A stretch of DNA of 64,000 nucleotides from Oligoflexales bacterium (GTDB lineage Bacteria; Bdellovibrionota_B; Oligoflexia; Oligoflexales; CAIYRB01), in the NCBI GenBank assembly GCA_041736175.1, contig JBGSUI010000219.1:1-64000 (forward strand), read 5' to 3'. Below the pieces are notes generated by a model. It was not told the origin of the DNA and did no database searches. It was given only the letters and a program-made list of their open reading frames with translations. Position numbers and translations under genes: made by a program. Of the stretch, positions 38,779 to 47,934 are shown in pieces; the stretch's first letter is position 1; each line of letters opens with the position of its first letter.

Positions 38779-38822
38779 GAGACTCTAGATGGCAAGACAA
38801 ACCTCTATTTAGGATAATACCC

Positions 38823-39953
38823 ATGTTTCAGGCAAATGATCTAAGGCGGCTTCAAAATAAAAAATGGACCATGCGGCTTTATAAAGAGTTCGAATTGATC
38901 AGCTTCCGTTATCAGCTCCGCCTTGGTACCGTTCTCATTAGCTTGGAGCCCCTCGGTGACAAATGGGGACAATACAATCCCCGTGGCAGACATATTCGGC
39001 TGAACGAAGACCTGCCGCGGCAATACCCCTGGGGCATTGTGGTCGAGGTGCTTAAGCATGAAATGGCACACCTCTTGGTCGCCGAAGGTCGATGGAGCCC
39101 CGAAAAACCCCATGGACTGGCCTTTCAAGACTCCTGCGCCAAACTTGGAGTCGCCAAATGGGCTCGCCAAGGCTCTGGGGAACTGCCCAAAAAAATCCCC
39201 CTATGGAGCGATCAAAACCTGGATGATGAACAAGACAGACTCCTACGGAAAGCCGAAAAACTGTTGGCACTTGCGGAGTCTAGCAGTGAGCATGAAGCTG
39301 CCCTTGCCATGGAAAGGGTGAGACAACTCTATGCAAAGTACAACTTGGAAAATATCCGACTCAAAAAAGAAGACGACTATGTCTATTGTACTGTAACGCG
39401 CAAAAAGCAAAGGATCGATAGTGCAGAGTCTCTGATCTATTCGATCTTGATTGAGTTCTTTTTTGTGCGGGTCGTAACCCTCCACATCTATGATCCGCTC
39501 ACCTTCGAAACCTATAGAGGTGCAGAATTTCTTGGCAAACAAAACAATGTAAAGTTAGCAGAGTATGTTTATCACTTTCTCTGGAACCAAGCCGAGATCC
39601 GCTCAAAAGACTTTAAAAAAACCAAGAAAGGTGGCGGTTCCAAACGGGCCTACCGCCTTGGACTGCTCCATGGTTTCTACGACAAACTCAAAGAACAAAG
39701 CAAAGAACTGGAACGCAGCCTAAAAAGCGATGGATTTGAAACAGGAGATGTGACAGCACTCATAACTTTGTCCGATAAAGCTCTCAAAGAGTATGTGAGC
39801 CAAAGATTTCCTAGTCTAACGACAAGAGCTTCAAATTCTGGATCCAACCTCGACCCTCATTCCTTTAACGCTGGGCATTCCGAGGGCAAGAAACTAAACC
39901 TCCATAAAGGGGTTGACAAGTCAGCCGACCAATTTGGAGGTTTGTTAAGCTAA
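38823..39953 (+). CDS. SprT-like zinc metalloprotease domain plus DUF2786
   Basis: HEMAH...PHG..F (SprT-like); KLLALAESSSEHEAALA (DUF2786). Confidence 0.85.
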   Translation: MFQANDLRRLQNKKWTMRLYKEFELISFRYQLRLGTVLISLEPLGDKWGQYNPRGRHIRLNEDLPRQYPWGIVVEVLKHEMAHLLVAEGRWSPEKPHGLAFQDSCAKLGVAKWARQGSGELPKKIPLWSDQNLDDEQDRLLRKAEKLLALAESSSEHEAALAMERVRQLYAKYNLENIRLKKEDDYVYCTVTRKKQRIDSAESLIYSILIEFFFVRVVTLHIYDPLTFETYRGAEFLGKQNNVKLAEYVYHFLWNQAEIRSKDFKKTKKGGGSKRAYRLGLLHGFYDKLKEQSKELERSLKSDGFETGDVTALITLSDKALKEYVSQRFPSLTTRASNSGSNLDPHSFNAGHSEGKKLNLHKGVDKSADQFGGLLS

Positions 39954-39975
39954 TTTTTAACTTATATATAATATT

Positions 39976-40794
39976 TTATTTATTTAAGCCAAGTCGTTCC
40001 ACGGCGTGGCCAGGGCTACCCATAATATTGTACCCACCGTCCACATGGAGTACCTCTCCCGTGGTTGCACTTGCGAGGTCACTCAGGAGATAGGCGGTGG
40101 CTTTGCCGACTTCTTCTGTTGTGACATTACGACCAAGGGGAGAAACGGCTGCATTCAAAGTCAACATCTGCGAAAGATCACTCACAGCCGAAGATGCCAG
40201 AGTCTTAATAGGACCAGCACTTACAGCGTTTACCCTTATATTTCTCGGTCCCAGATCATAGGCCAAATACTTGGTGGCCATTTCTAAAGCTGATTTGCAA
40301 AGACCCATCAGGTTATAGCCTCCCACCACTCTTTCGCCCCCAAAATAACTCATCGTCACCATGGAGCCACCATCAACCATCAACTTGCTGGCATGATGAG
40401 CCACCGTTATAAAACTGTAGACGCTGGTATCCATCGCGATTTTAAACCCCTCGCGGCTAACTTCCAGAGTCGGACACCGGATATCTTCGAGCGGCGCATA
40501 GGCGATCGAATGGACCAAAAAATCGATGGTCCCAAATTCCTCTTTAACTTCTTTAAAAAATGCCTGAACATCATTGTCAGAATTGACATCGCAGGGTTTT
40601 ACAAACTTGACCCCTATGGGATCCGAAACCCTTTGGACTCGCTTCACCATCCGGTCCCGTCCCTCCTTGTCTGGAAGGTGGTTAAATCCCAGCTGGGCGT
40701 TCTCTTTAGCTAAGAACTTTGCGACTCCAGCAGCTATAGAATACTCATTGGCAACACCCATGATGATGCCTTTTTTACCGGAAAAAAGTCCCAC
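39976..40794 (-). CDS. fabI: Enoyl-ACP reductase
   Basis: GVANEYSIA, HSIAYA, YNLMGLCK and AGPIKTLA; GTG start after GGAGG. Confidence 0.95.
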   Translation of the reverse strand: MGLFSGKKGIIMGVANEYSIAAGVAKFLAKENAQLGFNHLPDKEGRDRMVKRVQRVSDPIGVKFVKPCDVNSDNDVQAFFKEVKEEFGTIDFLVHSIAYAPLEDIRCPTLEVSREGFKIAMDTSVYSFITVAHHASKLMVDGGSMVTMSYFGGERVVGGYNLMGLCKSALEMATKYLAYDLGPRNIRVNAVSAGPIKTLASSAVSDLSQMLTLNAAVSPLGRNVTTEEVGKATAYLLSDLASATTGEVLHVDGGYNIMGSPGHAVERLGLNK

Positions 40795-40938
40795 AAGAAC
40801 CTCCAAACAATCGTCAATTTAAAGCTTACTTGAGCGGCTTACTTGAGATAATCTCAGCCTTCGTCTTTATGATTTAACCCAAAATTAGACCTAAAGACAG
40901 CTTTTTCATCGGCTTTGATTTTTCAATAATAGGAGGAG

Positions 40939-41322
40939 TTGTTGATGGTTACCTGGAGGACTTGGATCGGAATCGGTGCTGTTTGCTGCGCATTGGCGGT
41001 TCTCTTAGGCGCTTTTGGGACACATGCCCTGAAGAATCAGCTCGCCGAAGATCAGCTAAGATGGTTTAAGACCGCGTTTGACTACCATATCATCCACGCC
41101 CTAGGCCTCGTGGCTATCGGGCTATATGGGTCGCGAGTTGACCATCTATGGACGCAAGTGGCCGGGTGGTGTCTCTTTACCGGGATGATCTTATTTTCTG
41201 GAAGCCTCTATGGAATGGCCTTAGGCCTCCCTAGGTCCATCGCCATGCTCACACCCTTGGGAGGTCTGGCTTTTACAGGAGGTTGGCTCTTCCTGGCATT
41301 TTCATGCTTTAAATCGATTTAG
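40939..41322 (+). CDS. DUF423 (YgdD/TMEM256) membrane protein
   Basis: GAFGTHAL, YHIIHAL, LFSGSLY and TPLGG. Confidence 0.92.
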   Translation: MLMVTWRTWIGIGAVCCALAVLLGAFGTHALKNQLAEDQLRWFKTAFDYHIIHALGLVAIGLYGSRVDHLWTQVAGWCLFTGMILFSGSLYGMALGLPRSIAMLTPLGGLAFTGGWLFLAFSCFKSI

Positions 41323-41330
41323 CTAACGAG

Positions 41331-42032
41331 TTACATCCATTCAATTCCAATCGACACACTTTGTGCTCGGGACTGGAGAAGAGCATTTTCTAAGAATACT
41401 TCACTTGGTTCCTCTGAGAGTGGGGGTTGACTCGGGTTTTGGAAGTCTCCGGTTGTGACTTTTCCCGCAGTGCCCCCTATACCTATATCGATCTGAAAAT
41501 AAGCTGAAAGCTGTTTCGTTGAATGCAGCCTGAGACCTAAACCTCCTTTGGCGAGTCTTGACCGTCCTGTTATAGCATAGTCCATCGCTTCACTGCCAAA
41601 ATCGTCTGATTCACCTTGGATATAAGTACTTCCCCATAAGCCGCCACCAAACATTAAATATGGCTCAACGGTCCCGTGGGGATACCAGACGTTAAATTCC
41701 AGCCCACTTTGAAAGCCAGTCAGTTGGACGCTCTCCTGCCGGCTCGCGAGGTCCCGCCGCGTCAGATAAACCCCCGCAGAAACAGGAACCTCGATCAGAG
41801 GCTGATAATAAAGGCCTGCTCCCACCTGGTAGCCCACGAGTTCGGGACTTTGTGTAAAGGCTCGATCAGCCTTTATCGCAAAATCTCCATCACCCTGGTC
41901 ACTCTTAACCAGGAGGCCGTCGAGATTTTCTTTCTGGGCTCCTCCGATAAACTTAAAACCCAGATTGCCCCCGTAAGATTTCTGGCTGACGCCAAACATT
42001 GTCATCACAAACGTTATTATGATCAGCTTCAT
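41331..42032 (-). CDS. Outer-membrane beta-barrel-like protein
   Basis: Signal peptide; amphipathic strands; ends SVSIGIEWM. Confidence 0.65.
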   Translation of the reverse strand: MKLIIITFVMTMFGVSQKSYGGNLGFKFIGGAQKENLDGLLVKSDQGDGDFAIKADRAFTQSPELVGYQVGAGLYYQPLIEVPVSAGVYLTRRDLASRQESVQLTGFQSGLEFNVWYPHGTVEPYLMFGGGLWGSTYIQGESDDFGSEAMDYAITGRSRLAKGGLGLRLHSTKQLSAYFQIDIGIGGTAGKVTTGDFQNPSQPPLSEEPSEVFLENALLQSRAQSVSIGIEWM

Positions 42033-42043
42033 GGTTAAATACT

Positions 42044-43528
42044 CTATGTTGTATGGGGAGGTGAAAAAGGAATGTTCACAGTAAATGTGGTCCCCTGTCC
42101 CAGCTGGCTTTCCACCCCAATATCACCTCCCATAGCGGTTACTATTCTACGCACAATACTCAGACCAATCCCGGTGCTTTGATCGCCGTGATTGAAATGA
42201 TCAAAGGGTATAGACCCTTCATGGAAAAGGTGGGATAGGTGCTCAGCATCGATTCCAATTCCTGTATCAATAACCTGTAGCTTAGCATGTTCGTCTTCTT
42301 CAACAATTTTCACCAGAACTTCACTCGAAGGTTTGGAATATTTAACAGCATTACTTAACAGATTATTTAGCACCTGCTCCAGACGTCTAGAGTCTATGAG
42401 CACAGACTCTAGTCTCTTTTTTTCCCCATAGACCTCAAGCTTAAGTAAGATGTCATTTTTTTGGGATAATTGTTGATTCTTTTTTACTATCGATGCCACA
42501 AGATCTCTCATATTTTCTTTTTTATTAACCAATTTAATGCGGCCAGCTCTGATTCTCGGTATATCAAGTATACCATCAATCATCTGCAGCATATTCTGAC
42601 AGTTTCGTTCGATCCCTTCTTGAAAATTAGAGTTCTTATAATCTTCAAAACTCATCTCACTGGACTTGAGGAGGTTTTGGACTGATAGTATATAGGCGAT
42701 AGGTTGCCTCAAATCATGAGCCATTTCATACAATGATTTTTCGTAGTTTTTCAAAATTCGTTGGTACGAAGCATCAGAAAATGCCGCCCAATAATTTAGC
42801 ACTAGATCAACTGGTAAAATACCTAAATAGGATTTGTTTTCTATGATTGGAATATCATATCTTACGCCACTTTTAAGAGCCCTAAAAGTTTCGCATACCT
42901 TCAAGGAAGGCTCTAAAAACTGTGGCAGCGGCTTATATAGATCCTCGATAGTTACCGTTGTGGGTTCTTCTAGTTTGATTTTTTGAAAAAGATCTTTTAG
43001 GTAAACCACACCAATCGGCACAAACGTCTTTTCGACAACGACAAGCGTCTGAACCGCAAACGTTTGAAATAAAGCCAAAGCTGTCGCCAGGTCTGTCTGC
43101 AGGTTGATAGTCGGAATATCCCTGATATAGACATCACTCACTTTCAGGTCAAACAATCGTGATTCAAAAATCTCTTGATAAGTTGCTTCTGATTGGTCTG
43201 CAAAGGTGACCAAATGGATACCCATCCCTTGGGGCATTTGTGGGTTGATAGTGGTCGGTCTTATCCATTTAACCTCTGCCTTTCCACGGATATCGTGGCC
43301 TGATTTTGGAAATTGAAGTGCAAAATCAAACCTCCTACCTACCGGAATCCCGGCGTCTTCCTCGGTTTTAAGAAACATTCCCTGTCGACTGAAGTTTAAC
43401 ACTAACGAGTTGTCGGAGATTTTTTGGGGACTCGGAACAGGCCAGAAGATGTTTATTTTGTGGGGAAAATCATCCTGCCACCACCGCATCCTAAACTCTC
43501 TACTATGAATTTCCATCGTTTCTCTCAC
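42044..43528 (-). CDS. Cytoplasmic histidine kinase with N-terminal PilZ-like and CBS-pair domains
   Basis: NFSRQG..GMGIHL (PilZ-like); CBS-like repeats; AHDLRQP, NLLSNAVKY, DTGIG and GIGL. Confidence 0.85.
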   Translation of the reverse strand: MRETMEIHSREFRMRWWQDDFPHKINIFWPVPSPQKISDNSLVLNFSRQGMFLKTEEDAGIPVGRRFDFALQFPKSGHDIRGKAEVKWIRPTTINPQMPQGMGIHLVTFADQSEATYQEIFESRLFDLKVSDVYIRDIPTINLQTDLATALALFQTFAVQTLVVVEKTFVPIGVVYLKDLFQKIKLEEPTTVTIEDLYKPLPQFLEPSLKVCETFRALKSGVRYDIPIIENKSYLGILPVDLVLNYWAAFSDASYQRILKNYEKSLYEMAHDLRQPIAYILSVQNLLKSSEMSFEDYKNSNFQEGIERNCQNMLQMIDGILDIPRIRAGRIKLVNKKENMRDLVASIVKKNQQLSQKNDILLKLEVYGEKKRLESVLIDSRRLEQVLNNLLSNAVKYSKPSSEVLVKIVEEDEHAKLQVIDTGIGIDAEHLSHLFHEGSIPFDHFNHGDQSTGIGLSIVRRIVTAMGGDIGVESQLGQGTTFTVNIPFSPPHTT

Positions 43529-43605
43529 AATATTTCGGTTTTTATTAAAGTCTAACTAGATTCTAACAAATTTGATCAGTTCCAGAAACACTTAGAGGAA
43601 GATTG

Positions 43606-43634
43606 TTGACGATTTTGGTCTAACCTGTTATTTT
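43606..43634 (+). promoter_or_regulatory. Putative sigma70 promoter of the glutathione peroxidase gene
   Basis: TTGACG-N17-TATTTT with an extended TG. Confidence 0.45.
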
Positions 43635-43686
43635 TATGTGTCTTTGACTCATTTATTTAATAGTTTTTCTATACAAGGGATTATTT

Positions 43687-44208
43687 ATGAGTAACTTTTA
43701 CGAGTTTCAAGCCAAAAGCATCAATGGCGAAATGATTCCCATGAATCAATTCAAAAACAAAGTCGTACTAGTCGTCAATGTCGCCAGCAAATGTGGATTC
43801 ACTCCCCAGTACACGGACTTAGAGGCCCTCCATAAAGAATACAACGGGAAGGGCCTTGAGATCCTAGGATTTCCTTGCAACCAATTTGGAGCACAGGAAC
43901 CCGGTACCGACAAGGAAATTGTCCAATTCTGTGGGACGACCTATCCTGTTACTTTCAAAATGTTCTCAAAAATTGATGTCAATGGCCCCAATGCATTGCC
44001 TCTCTACAAGTTTCTCTGCACAAGCGCCAAAACCGATGCCCATAAGACGAGCCACAATCCGACAAGTCCTGAGCCCATGGAACCCGTAAAATGGAACTTC
44101 ACTAAATTTTTGATCGATCGCGAGGGAAATGTAGTTACAAGATTCTCCTCACAGACCTCCCCCAAAGACCTTAAGCCTTTTATCGAAAACCTACTAAAAA
44201 ATACTTAA
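43687..44208 (+). CDS. Glutathione peroxidase (Cys-type)
   Basis: NVASKCG, GFPCNQF and WNFTKFL. Confidence 0.96.
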   Translation: MSNFYEFQAKSINGEMIPMNQFKNKVVLVVNVASKCGFTPQYTDLEALHKEYNGKGLEILGFPCNQFGAQEPGTDKEIVQFCGTTYPVTFKMFSKIDVNGPNALPLYKFLCTSAKTDAHKTSHNPTSPEPMEPVKWNFTKFLIDREGNVVTRFSSQTSPKDLKPFIENLLKNT

Positions 44209-44213
44209 TATCT

Positions 44214-44235
44214 CGCTGGCGCGCAAACGCCAGCG
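44214..44235. terminator. GC-rich hairpin between convergent gpx and glpK
   Basis: CGCTGGCG-CGCAAA-CGCCAGCG; no clear U-tract. Confidence 0.45.
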
Positions 44236-44262
44236 CCCCTTAGGAGAACCAAAGCCAGGGGA

Positions 44263-45789
44263 TTAAACGGTTCCAGCAAAAACCTTAACCGCTTGGATCG
44301 CTCGCAGCCACCCTTTGGAGAGCAAAGCTCTCTCCTCTTTGTCGATCGATGGCATAAAGATCCGTTGAGTCGACCGAGTAGACTTTAGATCATCAAGCCC
44401 CCTAAACAACTTGCTCCCTAACGCAGAAAATAACGCCGCGCCAAACCCTGTCGTTTCAATATTATCGGGGCGATCGACTGAAATACCTGATAGGTTAGCC
44501 TGTATCTGCATCAATAGATTATTAGCAGCAGCCCCGCCATCGACCCTTAAAATACTCAGGGGACCTCCCAGATCCTCAGAGATTGCCTTTGTAAGATCAG
44601 ATACCTGAAAAGCGATGCCTTCTAGGGTCGCTCTCAGGAGTTGGGCTTTGGTGGTGCCCCGGTTCATCCCAAAGATACCACCACGGGCCTCTGCATCCCA
44701 ATGGGGCGAACCCAATCCAGAAAGGGCTGGTACAAAATAAAAATCAGGAGCTGCCCGCGCAGCTTGCGCCAAACTCTCCGTCTCATGGGCTGCATGGATG
44801 ATTTGCCATTGGTCCCGCAAAAACTGAATTGCAGCCCCCGCGACAAAACATGATCCTTCAAAAGCGTAGGTCAATTGACCATTAAGACTCCAGGCTACTG
44901 TGGTCAACATCCCCGCTTTAGAAACTAAGCGTTCGTTTCCAAGATTAGCCAGCAAAAAGGCGCCTGTTCCATAGGTGCATTTAGCCTCCCCCTTGGCATA
45001 ACAGGTCTGTCCCGCTAAGGCTGCCTGCTGATCTCCTAAAACACCCGTAATGGGTATACCATCTGGCAGAAAACCTAGACCTCTTGTCAGTCCAAATTGA
45101 TCCGCACTCTGCTTGACCTCTGGTAACAACTCTACTTTTGGCAAACCAAAGATCGCCAAGAGCTCTGGATCCCACGACCCCGTGAGGGTGTTGAAATACA
45201 GGGTCCGACTGGCGTTGCTTGGCTCGGTCACATAACTCTGGCCAGATGTAAAACGGCTGATCAGATAGGTGTCGATCGTACCGATTCCCGCTGTACCGGC
45301 CAATATTTGTTTTTTTAAATCTGGATTATTCTCCAAAACCCAGCGTAGCTTGGTTCCTGAGAAATAGGGATCTAACACCAAGCCGGTTTTTTGTCTAAAA
45401 AGACCTTCGTATCCCTCGGATTTAAGCTGGCGGACGATCTCTGCACTGCGTTTGCATTGCCAAACAATCGCGCGGCAAAGAGGTCTTCCCGATCTTCGTT
45501 CAAAGATGCATAGAGTCTCTCTTTGGTTGGTGATGCCGATGCTAGCAATCTTATTTTTATGAAAACCCTTATGTTTGGACTCAGCAATTTCGATTGCACG
45601 ACTCATGGCCGCTACCACCGAAGACCAAACCTCATCCAAGTCATGCTCAACCCAACTATTCTGAGGAAAATGCTGCGTAAAATCTACCGTATGTTTACCA
45701 ATAATCTCTGAATGAGTCGGCCTTGAAAAATCTACGACCAGGGCCGTAGTCCCGGTCGTACCTTGATCTATGGAAATAACATATGCCAT
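44263..45789 (-). CDS. glpK: Glycerol kinase
   Basis: DQGTTG, ITNQRET, GDQQAAL, KCTYGTG and VDGG. Confidence 0.95.
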   Translation of the reverse strand: MAYVISIDQGTTGTTALVVDFSRPTHSEIIGKHTVDFTQHFPQNSWVEHDLDEVWSSVVAAMSRAIEIAESKHKGFHKNKIASIGITNQRETLCIFERRSGRPLCRAIVWQCKRSAEIVRQLKSEGYEGLFRQKTGLVLDPYFSGTKLRWVLENNPDLKKQILAGTAGIGTIDTYLISRFTSGQSYVTEPSNASRTLYFNTLTGSWDPELLAIFGLPKVELLPEVKQSADQFGLTRGLGFLPDGIPITGVLGDQQAALAGQTCYAKGEAKCTYGTGAFLLANLGNERLVSKAGMLTTVAWSLNGQLTYAFEGSCFVAGAAIQFLRDQWQIIHAAHETESLAQAARAAPDFYFVPALSGLGSPHWDAEARGGIFGMNRGTTKAQLLRATLEGIAFQVSDLTKAISEDLGGPLSILRVDGGAAANNLLMQIQANLSGISVDRPDNIETTGFGAALFSALGSKLFRGLDDLKSTRSTQRIFMPSIDKEERALLSKGWLRAIQAVKVFAGTV

Positions 45790-45884
45790 TTGGACCTCAC
45801 GTCTATGTGGAACTAAAAGGAATAGATTCCATCCTAAGAGCGCTGTCCTTAATGTTCAACCACTTCTGAAAGTGATTGGGCTTT

Positions 45885-47654
45885 TTAAGGCTTGATTTCC
45901 TCTAAAGATCCTAGAAATCGATAGATCTGTTCAATCTCGTCATCAGATAGGGGTGTTGGTTTGACTTGACTCGATTGGCCGATGGACTCGATGCTCTGGG
46001 GGTCAGCCATGACGGTCATAAGTTCTGGACCCAGAACTTCCACGGAAAACTGGGGCGCCAGTCTAATATCTTTCAGGGACCATTGGTACAACGATGCCTT
46101 AGGATCTCTGTAATGATGCAACATCCTCTTGAGATCCGAAAAAGCTCCGTTATGGCCCCAGGGTCCTGTCCGGGTAACATTTCTCAGGGAAGGGGTTTTA
46201 AACCGATAACGATCGCTTTGGAGGTTTGTGACGCGGGACCTCCCAAAGTCGCCACGATCAGAAGGTTGATCTCCCATTCCTGGTCCAAATTGGGGCATGC
46301 CTATGCTGTGAAAGGACTGGTCCGTCAAGAGCGGGCCACTATGGCACCGTGCGCATTGACCTTTTCCATAAAAATAGATGGCTCCATTTTTTTCTTCGTT
46401 GGACAAAGCTGTGGTCTTTCCTGCCAAAAATTGGTCAAACCTAGAGTTCCACGATTTCCAGCGTTTGGCCTGAAAAATCGCTATGGCGTTAGCCAGATGT
46501 TCGATGCCAAAATTTTCGACTCCAGGATAGGCTTCACTAAACATGTTGCGGTAGTCTGGTTTTGCCAGCACCTTTGTCATGATTTTTTTCCACTGTTCTT
46601 CGGGCTCAAGGGTTTGAAGGCTGTCTGTCAAACCACATCCCATCTCCTTCGGATGAACCAGAGGAAATAAGGCCTGGGCAGCCAGTGCAGAATTAAGACC
46701 AAGGGGTAGTTTTGATCCTTCGGGGGTGCTATATCCACTCACCGACTGGCTCGATGTTTCGACTCGTCCATCCCAAAACATCTTCTGTGCTGACTTATGT
46801 CCCAAATTAAATAGATGGGGAGCATTTCGCGGCAGCATATCATTGATCGTCAGTTTTGTGGTGACCCGACCTGCTAACACTGGACCGCTGGGTCCAATGC
46901 TATAGCCGTTGCTGGTTCCGCGGTTTTCCAAATGACAGCTCGCACAAGCCACATCTTCCTTAAATGAGATGAGTTTATCGTGAAAAAGCCTTTCCCCTAA
47001 ACTGTATTGCTGGGAGGAGCCAGTCAGATAATCCTGCGGCCTGAGAGGTGCTACTCCAGAGGTCTTGAGATACTGCCAGAGTCTAGAGTCCAGGTAGCCG
47101 CTCTCGTCAAGGAGAGGCACATAGACCTTAGGTGGCTGGGTCGTCCCGCCTGAACCCCAATACTCCGTGGTTTGGACCGAAGCCGTAAAGCAGTCGGATG
47201 GTTTGCATTTTGGCTTTGTATAAACTGTTACATATTTATTGTCTTGTTGATAGGTTTGAGTGGGCACATATCTATAGGACCCCTGAGGATTCACGGATGA
47301 CTGGCGGATGGGGTCATATCCAACCAGGCCACTTGCGCTTTGGGGACTCGCGTTCCAGGAGTTTGACGAAGTTCCCAACTCATCAAGCTCTGTTCCTCGG
47401 GTTTTCGCCTTGCTGTAATCCAACTCACCATCAGCCGACATGGGGACCTCAAGGATAATCTCTTCCGGCAGGGCCTGGTATTCCATTTCCATCGCCAGAT
47501 CAACCTCTGGGGTCGTCCCCTGTGGATCCATTTCGACCGGCTTTTGGACCAGGTGGTCTTCCTTGCGGTCATTTTTGGTGCCACAGCCAACATGGCCGAA
47601 GCTCAGGACTAAAGTACTCAACAGAGTCAAAGGACTTTTAATTAGAAGTTGCAT
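45885..47654 (-). CDS. Lipoprotein di-heme cytochrome c peroxidase/MauG-family protein with N-terminal extension
   Basis: CASCH and CARCH; RNAP, FWDGR and FKTPSLRN; lipobox-like VGC; ATG at 47654 after GAGGGAG. Confidence 0.9.
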   Translation of the reverse strand: MQLLIKSPLTLLSTLVLSFGHVGCGTKNDRKEDHLVQKPVEMDPQGTTPEVDLAMEMEYQALPEEIILEVPMSADGELDYSKAKTRGTELDELGTSSNSWNASPQSASGLVGYDPIRQSSVNPQGSYRYVPTQTYQQDNKYVTVYTKPKCKPSDCFTASVQTTEYWGSGGTTQPPKVYVPLLDESGYLDSRLWQYLKTSGVAPLRPQDYLTGSSQQYSLGERLFHDKLISFKEDVACASCHLENRGTSNGYSIGPSGPVLAGRVTTKLTINDMLPRNAPHLFNLGHKSAQKMFWDGRVETSSQSVSGYSTPEGSKLPLGLNSALAAQALFPLVHPKEMGCGLTDSLQTLEPEEQWKKIMTKVLAKPDYRNMFSEAYPGVENFGIEHLANAIAIFQAKRWKSWNSRFDQFLAGKTTALSNEEKNGAIYFYGKGQCARCHSGPLLTDQSFHSIGMPQFGPGMGDQPSDRGDFGRSRVTNLQSDRYRFKTPSLRNVTRTGPWGHNGAFSDLKRMLHHYRDPKASLYQWSLKDIRLAPQFSVEVLGPELMTVMADPQSIESIGQSSQVKPTPLSDDEIEQIYRFLGSLEEIKP

Positions 47655-47733
47655 TTTTATTGGCTCCCTCGTTAATTTCAATTTCTTAGTATTTATAATT
47701 AATTTGTTAATATAATGCAACATATTTTATTAC

Positions 47734-47777
47734 TATTATTATAAATATTAATAGAATTCTTAATATTTGTAATAATA
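47734..47777. promoter_or_regulatory. 18-bp AT-rich inverted repeat between divergent genes
   Basis: TATTATTATAAATATTAA-N8-TTAATATTTGTAATAATA (1 mismatch). Confidence 0.5.
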
Positions 47778-47934
47778 TCTCGGCATTGTATTAGAAACAT
47801 CGGAGAAAACCCTGGCCTTAGGGAGCGCCCCCTCCTGGCCACCTGTTTTTTCCAATGATTTTGGACATTATCGATGCTATGCCCTAACCCCGAGGGCAGG
47901 TGTTTGGCATCGAGCGTGGTGGAGGCTTAAAGCC

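Noticed and set aside
43792..43794. Possible selenocysteine in glutathione peroxidase
   Set aside because: The active-site codon is TGT (Cys)
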